A stretch of 64,000 nt of DNA from Giardia intestinalis (lineage: Eukaryota). Where the stretch lies: the NCBI GenBank assembly GCA_000002435.2, contig CM018789.1. One strand, written 5' to 3'. This document shows positions 46,046-55,883 of the stretch, piece by piece. The translations under genes were made by a program, and so were the position numbers. The stretch's first letter is position 1; the number at the start of each line of letters is the position of its first letter. Under the pieces are notes generated by a model. It saw only the letters and a program-made list of their open reading frames with translations. It had not been told where the DNA came from and made no database searches.

Positions 46046-48370
46046 ATGCCTGAACAAGGCCTGCACCACCAGCACGGGTACTATAGACATACTGCGGTGT
46101 TGAGTAAGTTTTCGTTAGGGAAACTATGCAGGGCACATCGGTCTTCAGATGCTGTGCCCGTTTTAACCTGCAATATAGGTCTAGATGCCTTGCGTCAATC
46201 AGAGCAAGAGGGCTTTGTTCGTGCCGCAAATAACTTTTTAGGGAATCACCATTATAATCTTATTAAATACAACTCTATCATATTAGACGACGAAGGCCGA
46301 CAGGCACACTTGGAAGCAGATCTGTGGAACGGGGAGACACTTGAAAAGTTTGTGTGGGAGACTCGCAAGGCACACAACGGTCTACCAGAGGCTGATGTGT
46401 GGCTCATTATTGCACAGGTAGTGAGTGGGATCCACTTTTTGTGCAGCACACACAACTCTGATGAGGTCTTTGCAATCCTTTCCCCACAGACAATCATCAT
46501 ATGTGATAACTGCTGCCTGAAGCTATGCGTGTATGGTGAGTGGATCAAGTACTGTCACACTCTCTATAACGATAAGACAACCGGGCAATCTCTTATTTTG
46601 GATGAGCTACATAGATTGATATTATATTTGACCGGCAACCTTATTGACACATACAGTGGAGCTCTTCAGGACTTCTATGCTGGCTGCAAGCACCATAGTA
46701 CCTCACTGAGAACCAAGACGCTTGGACTCATAAGGTGCCCGGAGATACAACATGCTCTTGTCGTAGCCAGGAGCAACGCAGGGCTGGTGCTACGCCTACC
46801 ACCCAGGCCTGTGCACCCTCACGCTACGTACCCAACAGAGGAACCGGGTGACGCTAAGGGCAGCAACAGCACATCTCTGCGGAGCCCTTCAAGTTCTGAT
46901 GCAGAAGACGCTGCGTCGATTGCTGAGTTCTGTGGTAATGCAAAAGATGCTTCGATGCTGATAGACATGTATTCGTCACCCGGTTGTGATATCGGGCTTC
47001 TTACTCTTGAGGCCATGGTGTGTGTAGGTGATCTGCAAGGAGTGAGAGATGTCGCTTGGATCATGCTACAGCGTGGTCTGGTATCTGAGGTGTTTCAGCT
47101 AGCACTCTCAATGAAGAATGGAGACATAATTGCTACAATCATAGACTTTGCTGAAGAACACAAACTGCGTCTGCGACTACCTGTGCAACAAGCAGTGTTT
47201 TCTGACAGCCAAACAAACCTCATACGCGCAGCTCAAACTAAGGAGAAGGGCTTTCAGTTATCGCAGGAAGATATGTCGGATATGGGGAAGATATACGGGT
47301 CCAAAACAAGCTGCTACTGTACGGCATTGATGACTGCGGCCTTTTACGGCAATGATGAGGCAGTGGTTCAGCTGCTCGGTGAGCTGGGAATCTATGACTA
47401 CTATGGTCTGACCGCACTTCAATATGGATGCATAAATGCATCGTGGTCTCGCCTACGATACTTGATTCCAGAGATGAAAATGAGCAGGGTGACATGGCTG
47501 ATGGTTTATGCAGCACTGGGAGACGTTGATAACGTACAGAAATGCATCGAAGAACTACATGGCCAAACACACTATGGTTATACTGCACTTATGTTTGCAG
47601 CTAGCAACAATCACATTGATTGCGTGAAGTTACTCCTTCAAGAGGCAGGGTCCAAGACCCAGAGTGGGCGGACAGCACTCATTCTGGCTGCGCTACAAGG
47701 CCACGTGGCATGTGTGCAGGCCCTGTATCCTCTTGAAAAGGATCTTCTGACGAATGGTGGCGGAACCGCCTTGATGGCTGCGGCCGAGGGACAATCTCTG
47801 GAGTGTGGTAGGTGCCTTATTAAACAGGCCGGAATGCGAAGTCGGGATGGATATACGGCTATCATGTGGGCCGCCCAGACCGGCTCTGCAGGGCTTGTGA
47901 AGTTGCTCTTGGAAAACGAGGCTGGTTACCAAAACAAGAGTGGCTGGTCTGCACTGATGCTAGCAACCGTGAATAATCACTGGGAGTGCGTAGAGCTTCT
48001 TGCTCCTCGGGAAGCAGGACTACTACGGCCAGGAAAGCACACGGCTCTTATGCTAGCTGCGGAATGTGGATACCACAAGTGCGTTGAGATCCTCTTACCC
48101 TACGAGAAAAGAATGCAGAACACAGATGGATATACTGCTTTAATGTATGCAGCTGACGGGTGCCACGTAGAGTGTGTTTCGGCCCTTGCAAGGTACGAGT
48201 TTGACATAAAAGACGCTGCTAAAAGAACGGCCCTCATGCGCGTACGTAAGCGCGTAAGTGACCCCTCGTTCGCTAGAAAGGATGATGCTCAAGACTGCCT
48301 TGATATTCTCACTGAGTTACTAAAACCGAAGTCTATGCTTCCAGAGAATTTAATGCCTTTAGCAGATTAA
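46046..48370 (+). CDS. NEK-like pseudokinase fused to ankyrin repeats (Giardia NEK / protein 21.1 type)
   Basis: 774 aa. The N-terminal kinase-like fold has catalytic motifs replaced: FAILSPQTIIICDNCCLKLCVYGEW stands where HRDLKPxN...DFG is expected. The C-terminal half has many ankyrin units (TALMFAASNNHIDCVKLLL, TALILAALQGHVACVQAL, SALMLATVNNHWECVELL, TALMLAAECGYHKCVEILL). Confidence 0.9.
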   Translation: MPEQGLHHQHGYYRHTAVLSKFSLGKLCRAHRSSDAVPVLTCNIGLDALRQSEQEGFVRAANNFLGNHHYNLIKYNSIILDDEGRQAHLEADLWNGETLEKFVWETRKAHNGLPEADVWLIIAQVVSGIHFLCSTHNSDEVFAILSPQTIIICDNCCLKLCVYGEWIKYCHTLYNDKTTGQSLILDELHRLILYLTGNLIDTYSGALQDFYAGCKHHSTSLRTKTLGLIRCPEIQHALVVARSNAGLVLRLPPRPVHPHATYPTEEPGDAKGSNSTSLRSPSSSDAEDAASIAEFCGNAKDASMLIDMYSSPGCDIGLLTLEAMVCVGDLQGVRDVAWIMLQRGLVSEVFQLALSMKNGDIIATIIDFAEEHKLRLRLPVQQAVFSDSQTNLIRAAQTKEKGFQLSQEDMSDMGKIYGSKTSCYCTALMTAAFYGNDEAVVQLLGELGIYDYYGLTALQYGCINASWSRLRYLIPEMKMSRVTWLMVYAALGDVDNVQKCIEELHGQTHYGYTALMFAASNNHIDCVKLLLQEAGSKTQSGRTALILAALQGHVACVQALYPLEKDLLTNGGGTALMAAAEGQSLECGRCLIKQAGMRSRDGYTAIMWAAQTGSAGLVKLLLENEAGYQNKSGWSALMLATVNNHWECVELLAPREAGLLRPGKHTALMLAAECGYHKCVEILLPYEKRMQNTDGYTALMYAADGCHVECVSALARYEFDIKDAAKRTALMRVRKRVSDPSFARKDDAQDCLDILTELLKPKSMLPENLMPLAD

Positions 48371-50978
48371 TTAGGGGCTCAGTAGCTATGGAGGCTACCT
48401 TGTGCCTGACATACTGGCTTGTTTCTCTGGCCAGAGTCTCCTCATTCTCCATTAGAATGCTATATATCCCCGAATACTTCTGGATCAATGCTGCGTAGTC
48501 TGCTTCAGAAAGATCTGGGATTGCTCTGACTATTCTCTTCCTAATGAACTCATCAGAGACAGAAACCATATTTTCTGCATCGGTAGGCTCTAGCTCTGGT
48601 TCTCCGCGATCCATACACGTCATCTTCAACCTCATGAGCAGCGGTGCAAACGTGGTATCAGTCGACCACAACACGCGCATTGATTTGTAGGTTCTTAAGA
48701 GTTTAAACAGTCTTGCAGTGAGACCTAGAGGCTTAGAAGCAGCAATTGTGGTTGACTGATTGCTCTGTGTATCGATTTGTATCATGTCGTGAGACCTTTC
48801 TGATGGTATAGAGCACATCAGGAAGAACGTGGGGAACTGTGCATTTAGTCTCTCTAGCTGGTCCTCAAGGCGATTGTTCCGGAGAGAGGAAATGAGATCT
48901 TGCTCGCTTTTGCGTTCAACTGCGGTCATGGATGACAGGATGTAGTCCCCGAGAGTAAGTTGTCTCACAATGAGTCTTAAACCTTTGGACAGGACAAATA
49001 GCTCTACAGGGACAACGGATCTTAATTCTCTATTGTCTATGTACAGTAGGCGCTGTGGATTCTCAAGCTTGCCAGGACTTTGTTGCTTGGTTTGTATGCC
49101 CGTAAAATCTATCTCTGTGGGCGTGTTATAGTACGAAGAAACAGACATGTGCATTGAGGCCGTATGGAGAACCTTTAATGCCTCCGATTCTACATTGTTA
49201 ACAAGGATAGGGTAATTCGTTGTAAAAGACTGGGCACCTCCCTCAATTACTATGAGGGGTATCTGTATAGGTGTCTGATGAGCCTCCTGTTTGTACCTAA
49301 AGTTGAGACGCTCTAGAACTCGAACTGCTTGGATCGACGCGCCACAGCAGATAATTGACGCAATTGTGCTTATTCCTAGCTGATCCAATCGATCATACAG
49401 GGAGAACGGTGTTGACATAGCCTTTGTAGAGAAGAGGGGATTTGACACAGTTGAGATGATTACCACTTCTGCACCGCTATGGATCCTTCCAGAGATGCTC
49501 TTTGTTAACGCATCTATAACGGCTCCTTTACTTGGAGTAAAAGGAACATATGCATCATCACTTAGCTTTGTTGACTCTTTATCAATGCTTGTCTGTAGGT
49601 AAAGACGTCTGTGGATTGTATTAAGCTCTGGAGCGCTTGCTTCTTGTGAATACTTACTAGGGTCAGACCCCTGAGTAGCAGTATCCGTTGACAGTGCTGA
49701 CCCCTTAGATGGTACAGTCCTTCGTGGTGCTGGCTCTAATGCAATGAGGTCAGCTCCTGGAACTCCATCCTCACTTTGAGAAGAGAGCATCTCTACCTTC
49801 CCACTTAGTACAAGACACTCTTCCAGCTCTCGGGCACCAAAGTATGTACCCAGAAGAACAACAATTCGTGTGGGAGGACCATGAAGGTGCTTTTGCTCCG
49901 TGTACATGTGGGCCTCTATGGAGGCTGCAACATCTTCGCTTGCAGACTCAACGGCTGTGGCCATAGCAGTTATCAAGGTTGTGCCTCCTTGGGCTCCACA
50001 GACCGCCAGCAAAGAATCGTAGTAGCTGCGGATGTCTGCAGGGCGTGTTAATGGATGCTTGAATTGGTCCAGAAATAGTCCGTAACACTTTAGCACCTCT
50101 GTGCGGTGTTGTGGCAGCGCCAACTCCATGTGGTAAAGAAACCAAAGCGCCCAACTAATGTACTCATCTGCGAAAAGCAGGTCTGCATGCTTAATTAGTT
50201 TGGCCTGGGGAAGACGTGCAATTGCCTCGTACCGTGGCTGCTTTCGTGCAAGTAAAAGAGACCATCGACGTATCTCTTGCCATACACGGGGATGCGTGGG
50301 ATGCTCTAAGCCGACATCCACACAAATAACCTCCTCCATGAATAAGTTTGCCCTTCGATGAATCGTATCTAACACAGAAGAGCCTGCAGGCAGAGGAGAT
50401 GCAGGAAGGTCCTTAAGGACTATCTGCATAGACCTGTGTACGACGTTTATTGCTGTTATATGGAAAGCCTCTATCTGCTCCAGATGCACTTGGATTTCAT
50501 AAAGGTTCTGCACAAACGCAAACATTAAAGGCTGATCGGATAGATACTTTACCCAACAACGGTTCTCCCTTAAGGCTGGGGCAAGAGCTTTCAACAACGG
50601 GGCAGGTTTTCCAGCTGTAAGGACAAGGAGTCCATCAAAAGATGATAGACTGAGTTCTCCTCGCACAATCTCTGACACAAAGGTTGCAACTGGAAAGACA
50701 AAGACGTCCGCAGCAGTTGTCGCTTTGAGTTTAGAAGAAGATATGTAAAGATGACCCCTATTGGAAGCTGCAAGGAAGCGGAAGAGAGGCGCTAGGAAAT
50801 GCGATACTCCTTGAGTATATACTACGCCCACTGCACGCCGCCTGATTGTGTAGCTGCGAAGGAAGAGCTCGCAGGCCTTGCAGACCCCCAATCCTGAGCT
50901 GAGTATTATGGCCTCTGATAGGGAAAGGGGGTCATCTGCTGTGTTCGGATCTACCTTGAGGAGTTTTTCATACTGCAT
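48333..50978 (-). CDS. XPF/ERCC4/Rad1-type structure-specific DNA repair endonuclease
   Basis: 881 aa with start context GTTTTAAAATG. The ERCC4 nuclease motif is YIDNRELRSVVPVELF...LTLGDYILSSMTAVERKSEQDLISSLRNNRLEDQ (GDx(n)ERKxxxD). There is a long helicase-like N-terminal region and an HhH-like C-terminus. Confidence 0.88.
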   Translation of the reverse strand: MQYEKLLKVDPNTADDPLSLSEAIILSSGLGVCKACELFLRSYTIRRRAVGVVYTQGVSHFLAPLFRFLAASNRGHLYISSSKLKATTAADVFVFPVATFVSEIVRGELSLSSFDGLLVLTAGKPAPLLKALAPALRENRCWVKYLSDQPLMFAFVQNLYEIQVHLEQIEAFHITAINVVHRSMQIVLKDLPASPLPAGSSVLDTIHRRANLFMEEVICVDVGLEHPTHPRVWQEIRRWSLLLARKQPRYEAIARLPQAKLIKHADLLFADEYISWALWFLYHMELALPQHRTEVLKCYGLFLDQFKHPLTRPADIRSYYDSLLAVCGAQGGTTLITAMATAVESASEDVAASIEAHMYTEQKHLHGPPTRIVVLLGTYFGARELEECLVLSGKVEMLSSQSEDGVPGADLIALEPAPRRTVPSKGSALSTDTATQGSDPSKYSQEASAPELNTIHRRLYLQTSIDKESTKLSDDAYVPFTPSKGAVIDALTKSISGRIHSGAEVVIISTVSNPLFSTKAMSTPFSLYDRLDQLGISTIASIICCGASIQAVRVLERLNFRYKQEAHQTPIQIPLIVIEGGAQSFTTNYPILVNNVESEALKVLHTASMHMSVSSYYNTPTEIDFTGIQTKQQSPGKLENPQRLLYIDNRELRSVVPVELFVLSKGLRLIVRQLTLGDYILSSMTAVERKSEQDLISSLRNNRLEDQLERLNAQFPTFFLMCSIPSERSHDMIQIDTQSNQSTTIAASKPLGLTARLFKLLRTYKSMRVLWSTDTTFAPLLMRLKMTCMDRGEPELEPTDAENMVSVSDEFIRKRIVRAIPDLSEADYAALIQKYSGIYSILMENEETLARETSQYVRHKVASIATEPLINLLKALNSLEA

Positions 50979-51199
50979 TTTAAAACGCCGCAGAAGCCGG
51001 CTCTCCCCGAGAGCCTTAAGTAAAGGAAATCATATAACACTGTCTCAGCAGTCTAAAGATACTGGGTTCTCAGTAGACCGTCGTGTTGGAGTAATCATTT
51101 TTAATTTACTGGTTTTGCTCAAGACCTTTTTACTGATTTTCTAGTTCGTTTCTAGTCCGCACAAAGTATACCTACCAGGGGGGTCGAGGAATCTGGAGG

Positions 51200-54100
51200 C
51201 TATTTGCCTTTCTTAGGAGTAGGGTCCGTGAGCGGAATTGGCGGTTGATACTCAGGTGGGGCTTTGTTCAGCTTATAGAGAGCGACATGGGCGACTTGGG
51301 AGTCATACTGTGGCTGCAAATGGGACAGGACCTGTCCGAATTCGACCACACTAAGGGGCTTGGATCCCAAGGATGCCACGCGTCCAGGTGTGCAGACCAT
51401 GTGTAGAGCCTGTTGTATCTGCCCTGCCGTGAATCCTTCGGTAACCTTGGCAAAAGAACTGAGGTCAAAAGGAATCTTCTCGGTCTCGTTGTTTGTGATT
51501 GCAATTCCCGACGTTAAGTTCATCAGGCCCAGTGCCGTGAACCGTCGAGAATCAAAGGCCCCTGTGCTCAGTTTCGAGGACGTGTACTGACCCACGGGGA
51601 CGTCCTTGGCCACTCCGGTTAGAGCAAATTGCTCCAAACCCATCTTCTCAAAGAAGTGACTGATCAACCTTAGCCTCGTGTTATAGTCAGGCAGTGGTAC
51701 ATATATGTGTCTCTGGAAGAAGTCTGCAAGTGCTTTTTCGCGAGTCATAGTGCGTGTGGCGCATCCTAAAACAAGTACCCCATCATACTCATTAATGGAC
51801 TTCAGCAAGCTAAGGAGTTCTTTACGAAGCCTGTAGGGGTTGTAGTCTGGGTCGCTAAGCTTGGGGTATCCTTCGCAGCACATGGAGTATCCTGGGGTCT
51901 CCACATCGTCTCCAGGCAGCTTTAGCTTACCTTTCCCTTTGCTCCCCTTGTTTCCCTTGCTTCCTTTCTTTCCTTTTTTTTCTTTTGTGTCTGCCAACAC
52001 AAGCTCTGCCTCATCGAAGTATATTATTGCCGGTTGATTGGAGGCTATAACCACCTTGATCAACTTGAAGATCACCCCGATTTCCTGGCCAGGAAACTTG
52101 TTAACAATATTTGCCGGAGACACGTCAATCACAAGAGCACCCGTTTCAGTAGCAATAATTCGCGAAAGAAGGGTCTTCCCCACCCCCGGAGCCCCATATA
52201 TAAGGAGGGTATTGCTGTGAGGAACGGCCCTTGCCATGGGGCACCCCAAAGGGATGATTACGTTGGCTATTATGTCTTGCTTTATCTGGTTGTACGATGG
52301 AAGGTCCGGCAGAAGAGCATAAGCAGGAATAGATGCCTTTGCTGCGGCCAGCTTCTCCTGTTCAACGGGATCGACAATCCCGGCGGCTTTTTTGTCTATA
52401 GCAATTGTGCCCTGCTGTGTAAACTTCTGAAGCGCCTTGACAGCTATTCGTTGCATGAACTCAGTCTCCTGGCTTGAAGGAGCAATGTATGTGTCACATC
52501 CGATAAAATCTCGTATCCGAGCTGGCTTAATCGCTTTTACAAGACCCTCGCTGACCAGTTCTGCATATGCTGCCTCGACAGAGGCGTCACCAACTGGGCC
52601 CACGGGTGGCGGGGGCTCAAGCGCTGGAAGGCTCTTGGATCCCCTACTCCCCTTCTTTCCTTTTTTCCCCTTACTGCCCTTCTTACCCTTCTTACCTTTA
52701 CCGCCCTTCTTGGCCTCGACAAGCTGCTTAGTTGCGTCGGCAATGGTACGCATGTTGTCGAGCTCTGCAGTCACCGTTTCAGCAACGCTGTCGTATACGT
52801 CCTTCAGTATCTGGGGTCTAAGAGTTTCCTTAAGGTATTCAACATCATATGGCTGCTCAGCCAAGTTAGCTGGATCGTGTCGCTGCCACCTGTTGAAGTA
52901 CTCGACTGTTGTATCGACAATATCGTGGAGATATGCAGACAGAAAAGAAACCTTGGCCTTGTCTGGGTCTTCAACTGCCTCCTCAGCTGCCCCCTTCGAA
53001 GGTGCAGCCGTTTTTCCTTTGGATCCTTTGCTTCCCTTCTTCCCTTTTTTCTTCTTCCCCTTCAAGCCTCTCCGCAATAACTCGGCCTCTCGCTCTGCTG
53101 CCACCTTCTCCATCACCAGCTTCTCATCGGGAGAGGCAATGTCTAAGGCACTTGTGGGAATCGCCCCGTCGTTCAGATCTCTGAACTGCGCAATGGCTTT
53201 TTTGTGCCGAGAGTATAGCAGTTTTTCCAGCTCGGTCCCCTCCTTTTCCTTAAGTTCTTGCAGAATGACATCCTCTGCAGATTGCATAACGAGTTCGGCT
53301 TGAATTCGCAGCGCCACATTGCGCTTAGTAATAAGCTCAGCTTGATAGGCCGCCTGGCCAAGCTTTTTAGCATCCGCTAACAAAATCCTATTCCGCACAA
53401 GATCATGCATAAGAGGAAGCCCGGAGTTATACGCATTGGTAACGTGAGTCATATATGGCTGGTTAGAAAGGATGTTAGACTTATCTATATATCTGCTAAG
53501 AGCATAGGTGGACTCCATCCCATCACAGGTAGTAGCAATGATAACTGAGGTTAGAGGAGTAAGAGTTGTGTGCAGATTAGAACTAGCTGCAATGCCAGAG
53601 TCTGGGATTCCAGGCTTACCGACAGAAAGAATGGACTTGTCGAGGACGTCCTTGCGAGCATTGAGCCGCGCCAGGTAATCCGCTTCATATAGCTTCTCGC
53701 GCTTGATGCACTCACTGCTTACCATATCTTGTACGATGGGAAGAATGGATGAACCTGTACCTTGAGCAGCAGATGAGGATGCCAATCCAAGGAAGACTAA
53801 ATCGGCCTGCTTCATGGCATTCACCTTGGACTTTGCGAGGGCTCTTCGCCAATACTTTTGAATGATTACACTAGCCTGTTCTCGTGAGTGAATGCGCCCT
53901 CCTTGTATCTGCCGTCCAGCCGGCTTAACCTTCATGATGTCCTGTACCAGCTTCGCTCGCAGTCTGGCGGCACGTCCTCGCTCAGCGCGCTGAATAAGAA
54001 GTATGGCTTCTTCGAGACTCATGGCTCGCTGCACTTGGGCCTCCGTCTTCTCCTCGAGGATGCCCTTCCCAGGAACATATCCTCGGAGAGAGTGCGTCAG

Positions 54101-54556
54101 ATCAAAGCAGGATCCATTCTGAGAAAGAAGCTCGTACCGCTCGAGTAGAAGGCGCAGCAGATCATTTCGACGGCTCAGAGAGAAGTTATCGCTCACTAGA
54201 AACCTGGGCACATGCAATTCTATATCTGTAGGAAGTAACGTACGATTGTTCATGAGTGCAAAGATATCGGGGCTCCACGTCCCAGTTAAGCAGCAAATAT
54301 TGCGTCTGGACTCAAGCATTCGTCCTATGGTTGCGTCCAGAGACTTCTTGATCACTCTCCGCTTTTGTGGATGGTGCATCTGATCATAACACTCCTCTAA
54401 AAGTACGTAAACATGACGGTATGTGTTATACCAGTTGAGCTGTTGTTGCAAAAGCTGTGAATTTTGTAGCCGTATGACTCTAGGATCTGAAGTGGACTCC
54501 TTATTTATTTGCTCCATGAGAAGCGTCATGGCTTCCCGCCACTGACGATCGCTCAT
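51200..54556 (-). CDS. IQ-motif and AAA-ATPase protein, IQCA1 / DRC11-like (nexin-dynein regulatory complex)
   Basis: 1118 aa. IQ motifs: LLIQRAERGRAARLRAK and VIIQKYWRRALAKSK. The Walker A motif is in LLIYGAPGVGKTLLSRIIA. Three Lys/Gly/Ser-rich inserts are present. Confidence 0.9.
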   Translation of the reverse strand: MSDRQWREAMTLLMEQINKESTSDPRVIRLQNSQLLQQQLNWYNTYRHVYVLLEECYDQMHHPQKRRVIKKSLDATIGRMLESRRNICCLTGTWSPDIFALMNNRTLLPTDIELHVPRFLVSDNFSLSRRNDLLRLLLERYELLSQNGSCFDLTHSLRGYVPGKGILEEKTEAQVQRAMSLEEAILLIQRAERGRAARLRAKLVQDIMKVKPAGRQIQGGRIHSREQASVIIQKYWRRALAKSKVNAMKQADLVFLGLASSSAAQGTGSSILPIVQDMVSSECIKREKLYEADYLARLNARKDVLDKSILSVGKPGIPDSGIAASSNLHTTLTPLTSVIIATTCDGMESTYALSRYIDKSNILSNQPYMTHVTNAYNSGLPLMHDLVRNRILLADAKKLGQAAYQAELITKRNVALRIQAELVMQSAEDVILQELKEKEGTELEKLLYSRHKKAIAQFRDLNDGAIPTSALDIASPDEKLVMEKVAAEREAELLRRGLKGKKKKGKKGSKGSKGKTAAPSKGAAEEAVEDPDKAKVSFLSAYLHDIVDTTVEYFNRWQRHDPANLAEQPYDVEYLKETLRPQILKDVYDSVAETVTAELDNMRTIADATKQLVEAKKGGKGKKGKKGSKGKKGKKGSRGSKSLPALEPPPPVGPVGDASVEAAYAELVSEGLVKAIKPARIRDFIGCDTYIAPSSQETEFMQRIAVKALQKFTQQGTIAIDKKAAGIVDPVEQEKLAAAKASIPAYALLPDLPSYNQIKQDIIANVIIPLGCPMARAVPHSNTLLIYGAPGVGKTLLSRIIATETGALVIDVSPANIVNKFPGQEIGVIFKLIKVVIASNQPAIIYFDEAELVLADTKEKKGKKGSKGNKGSKGKGKLKLPGDDVETPGYSMCCEGYPKLSDPDYNPYRLRKELLSLLKSINEYDGVLVLGCATRTMTREKALADFFQRHIYVPLPDYNTRLRLISHFFEKMGLEQFALTGVAKDVPVGQYTSSKLSTGAFDSRRFTALGLMNLTSGIAITNNETEKIPFDLSSFAKVTEGFTAGQIQQALHMVCTPGRVASLGSKPLSVVEFGQVLSHLQPQYDSQVAHVALYKLNKAPPEYQPPIPLTDPTPKKGK

Positions 54557-54721
54557 TTTGAATAAATTTTTGGGTGCTGGTCAGATTTCGCACGCTGATA
54601 ATAACGGCTTCGCAAACATGTGAAAAACCTACTATCCAAATATAGGATCTTTATATCAGGAGCGTGTGGTTCTAGTGAAACTTAAAAGACCGCCTCACCG
54701 GCCAGTTGTACCATTTTTAAA

Positions 54722-55573
54722 ATGGACGACTTCTTTGGATTCGGCGATAACGTTCCTGACGGTACTGCACAGACATTCGACCCCTTCGCAGGACAGCCAG
54801 CGGCACCAATTCAAAGTGCTGATGACATGTTCGGTTTTGGGGACGTCCCTGCAGCTACCGCGCCCCCTGCCCCTGCAGTGCCCTTTTTCACCGCCCCAGA
54901 GCAGACTGGCCAGCACGGTGTCAATGCATTTGAAAAAGCTGCAACGCTTTCCGCGCCTGTGCCTGTGCCTGTAGAGGCGTATTCCACCTCTTCGTCGGCC
55001 CCTGTAGTCCCATCTTTATCGAGCATTCCGCAGGCTTCCACGACCCAGCAGCCTGCTGCTGTCTCTATTGCACCACCAGTTGTCCCTGCTACGCATGTTT
55101 CAGCGCAACCGGGGCAGCTTCCCCCTGCGCTCACCCCATATGCTCCACTGCCTCCTCCAATACATCTTTCTCCCGAGCACGAGGCCGCCCTCAATGATCC
55201 TGAGATTCTGGTGGCATATCAGCGAGACAATAGCATTGCAAAGACCAATGAGATCAAGTACAAAGCGTTTCAGAACCTTCAAGACAAAAATCACGAGGCC
55301 GCAAAGGCCCTCGTCTATCAGCAAAGCGTTGAGTACAGAAAGGCCTATATGGAGAAGTTCCAGAAGGAGGGAGAAGCCCGTAAGGCTCAGCAGTGTGTCA
55401 AACGCGAGAAGGTCCGTCGTGCCCTCTTGGAGGGAGGTTCTGTCCCGTGGGTACGGGTTAGAAGTCTGGCGCGTGACGATGCAACAGGTTCTGAGCAAGC
55501 CCTTCGTCAGCTAGAGGCGATTAAGGCCAAGAGTACGTTTGATTACCGTGCCAACGAGCTCCTCAACAAATGA
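54722..55573 (+). CDS. Acidic FG/DPF-motif protein with C-terminal helical region; tentatively clathrin-light-chain-like
   Basis: 283 aa with start context TTTTTAAAATGGAC. The N-terminus carries MDDFFGFGD...FDPFAG...DDMFGFGD, which are adaptor/clathrin-type short motifs. The C-terminal SVPWVRVRSLARDD...LRQLEAIKAK loosely resembles the CLC tEWErVa-LcD...sRmr-vL--LK block. The functional call is weak. Confidence 0.8.
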   Translation: MDDFFGFGDNVPDGTAQTFDPFAGQPAAPIQSADDMFGFGDVPAATAPPAPAVPFFTAPEQTGQHGVNAFEKAATLSAPVPVPVEAYSTSSSAPVVPSLSSIPQASTTQQPAAVSIAPPVVPATHVSAQPGQLPPALTPYAPLPPPIHLSPEHEAALNDPEILVAYQRDNSIAKTNEIKYKAFQNLQDKNHEAAKALVYQQSVEYRKAYMEKFQKEGEARKAQQCVKREKVRRALLEGGSVPWVRVRSLARDDATGSEQALRQLEAIKAKSTFDYRANELLNK

Positions 55574-55883
55574 TATAACTAATGCCCTTCCCACTACTCT
55601 AGTCGTTGTAAATTTGTAGTGCCTTGGTTATTTTCGTTTAAATACAAAGACTTCAGGTAAAAGATTTATCTTAAATTGAAGATTCACAAGATTGATTGAC
55701 TGATTTGAAGCCCTCACTAAAGCTGTGGACAAGATGCTCTATGATAACGTGGTGTTAGCAGTGTAGAAACACATGGATTACTAAGGTTGTCAAAGTACAT
55801 CTCAGTGTTGTACTTCCTATTTTTGATAGCTGCAACCCTGTTGTCAACGAGACACTATAGGTACCTGGCAAGATGCCCGAGAC

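Noticed and set aside
52437-53303. 288-aa plus-strand ORF antisense to the IQCA1-like gene
   Set aside because: It is a low-complexity Pro/Phe/Leu/Ser product generated by reading the Lys/Gly-rich inserts backwards. The opposite strand carries an uninterrupted 1118-aa ORF with IQ and Walker A motifs.
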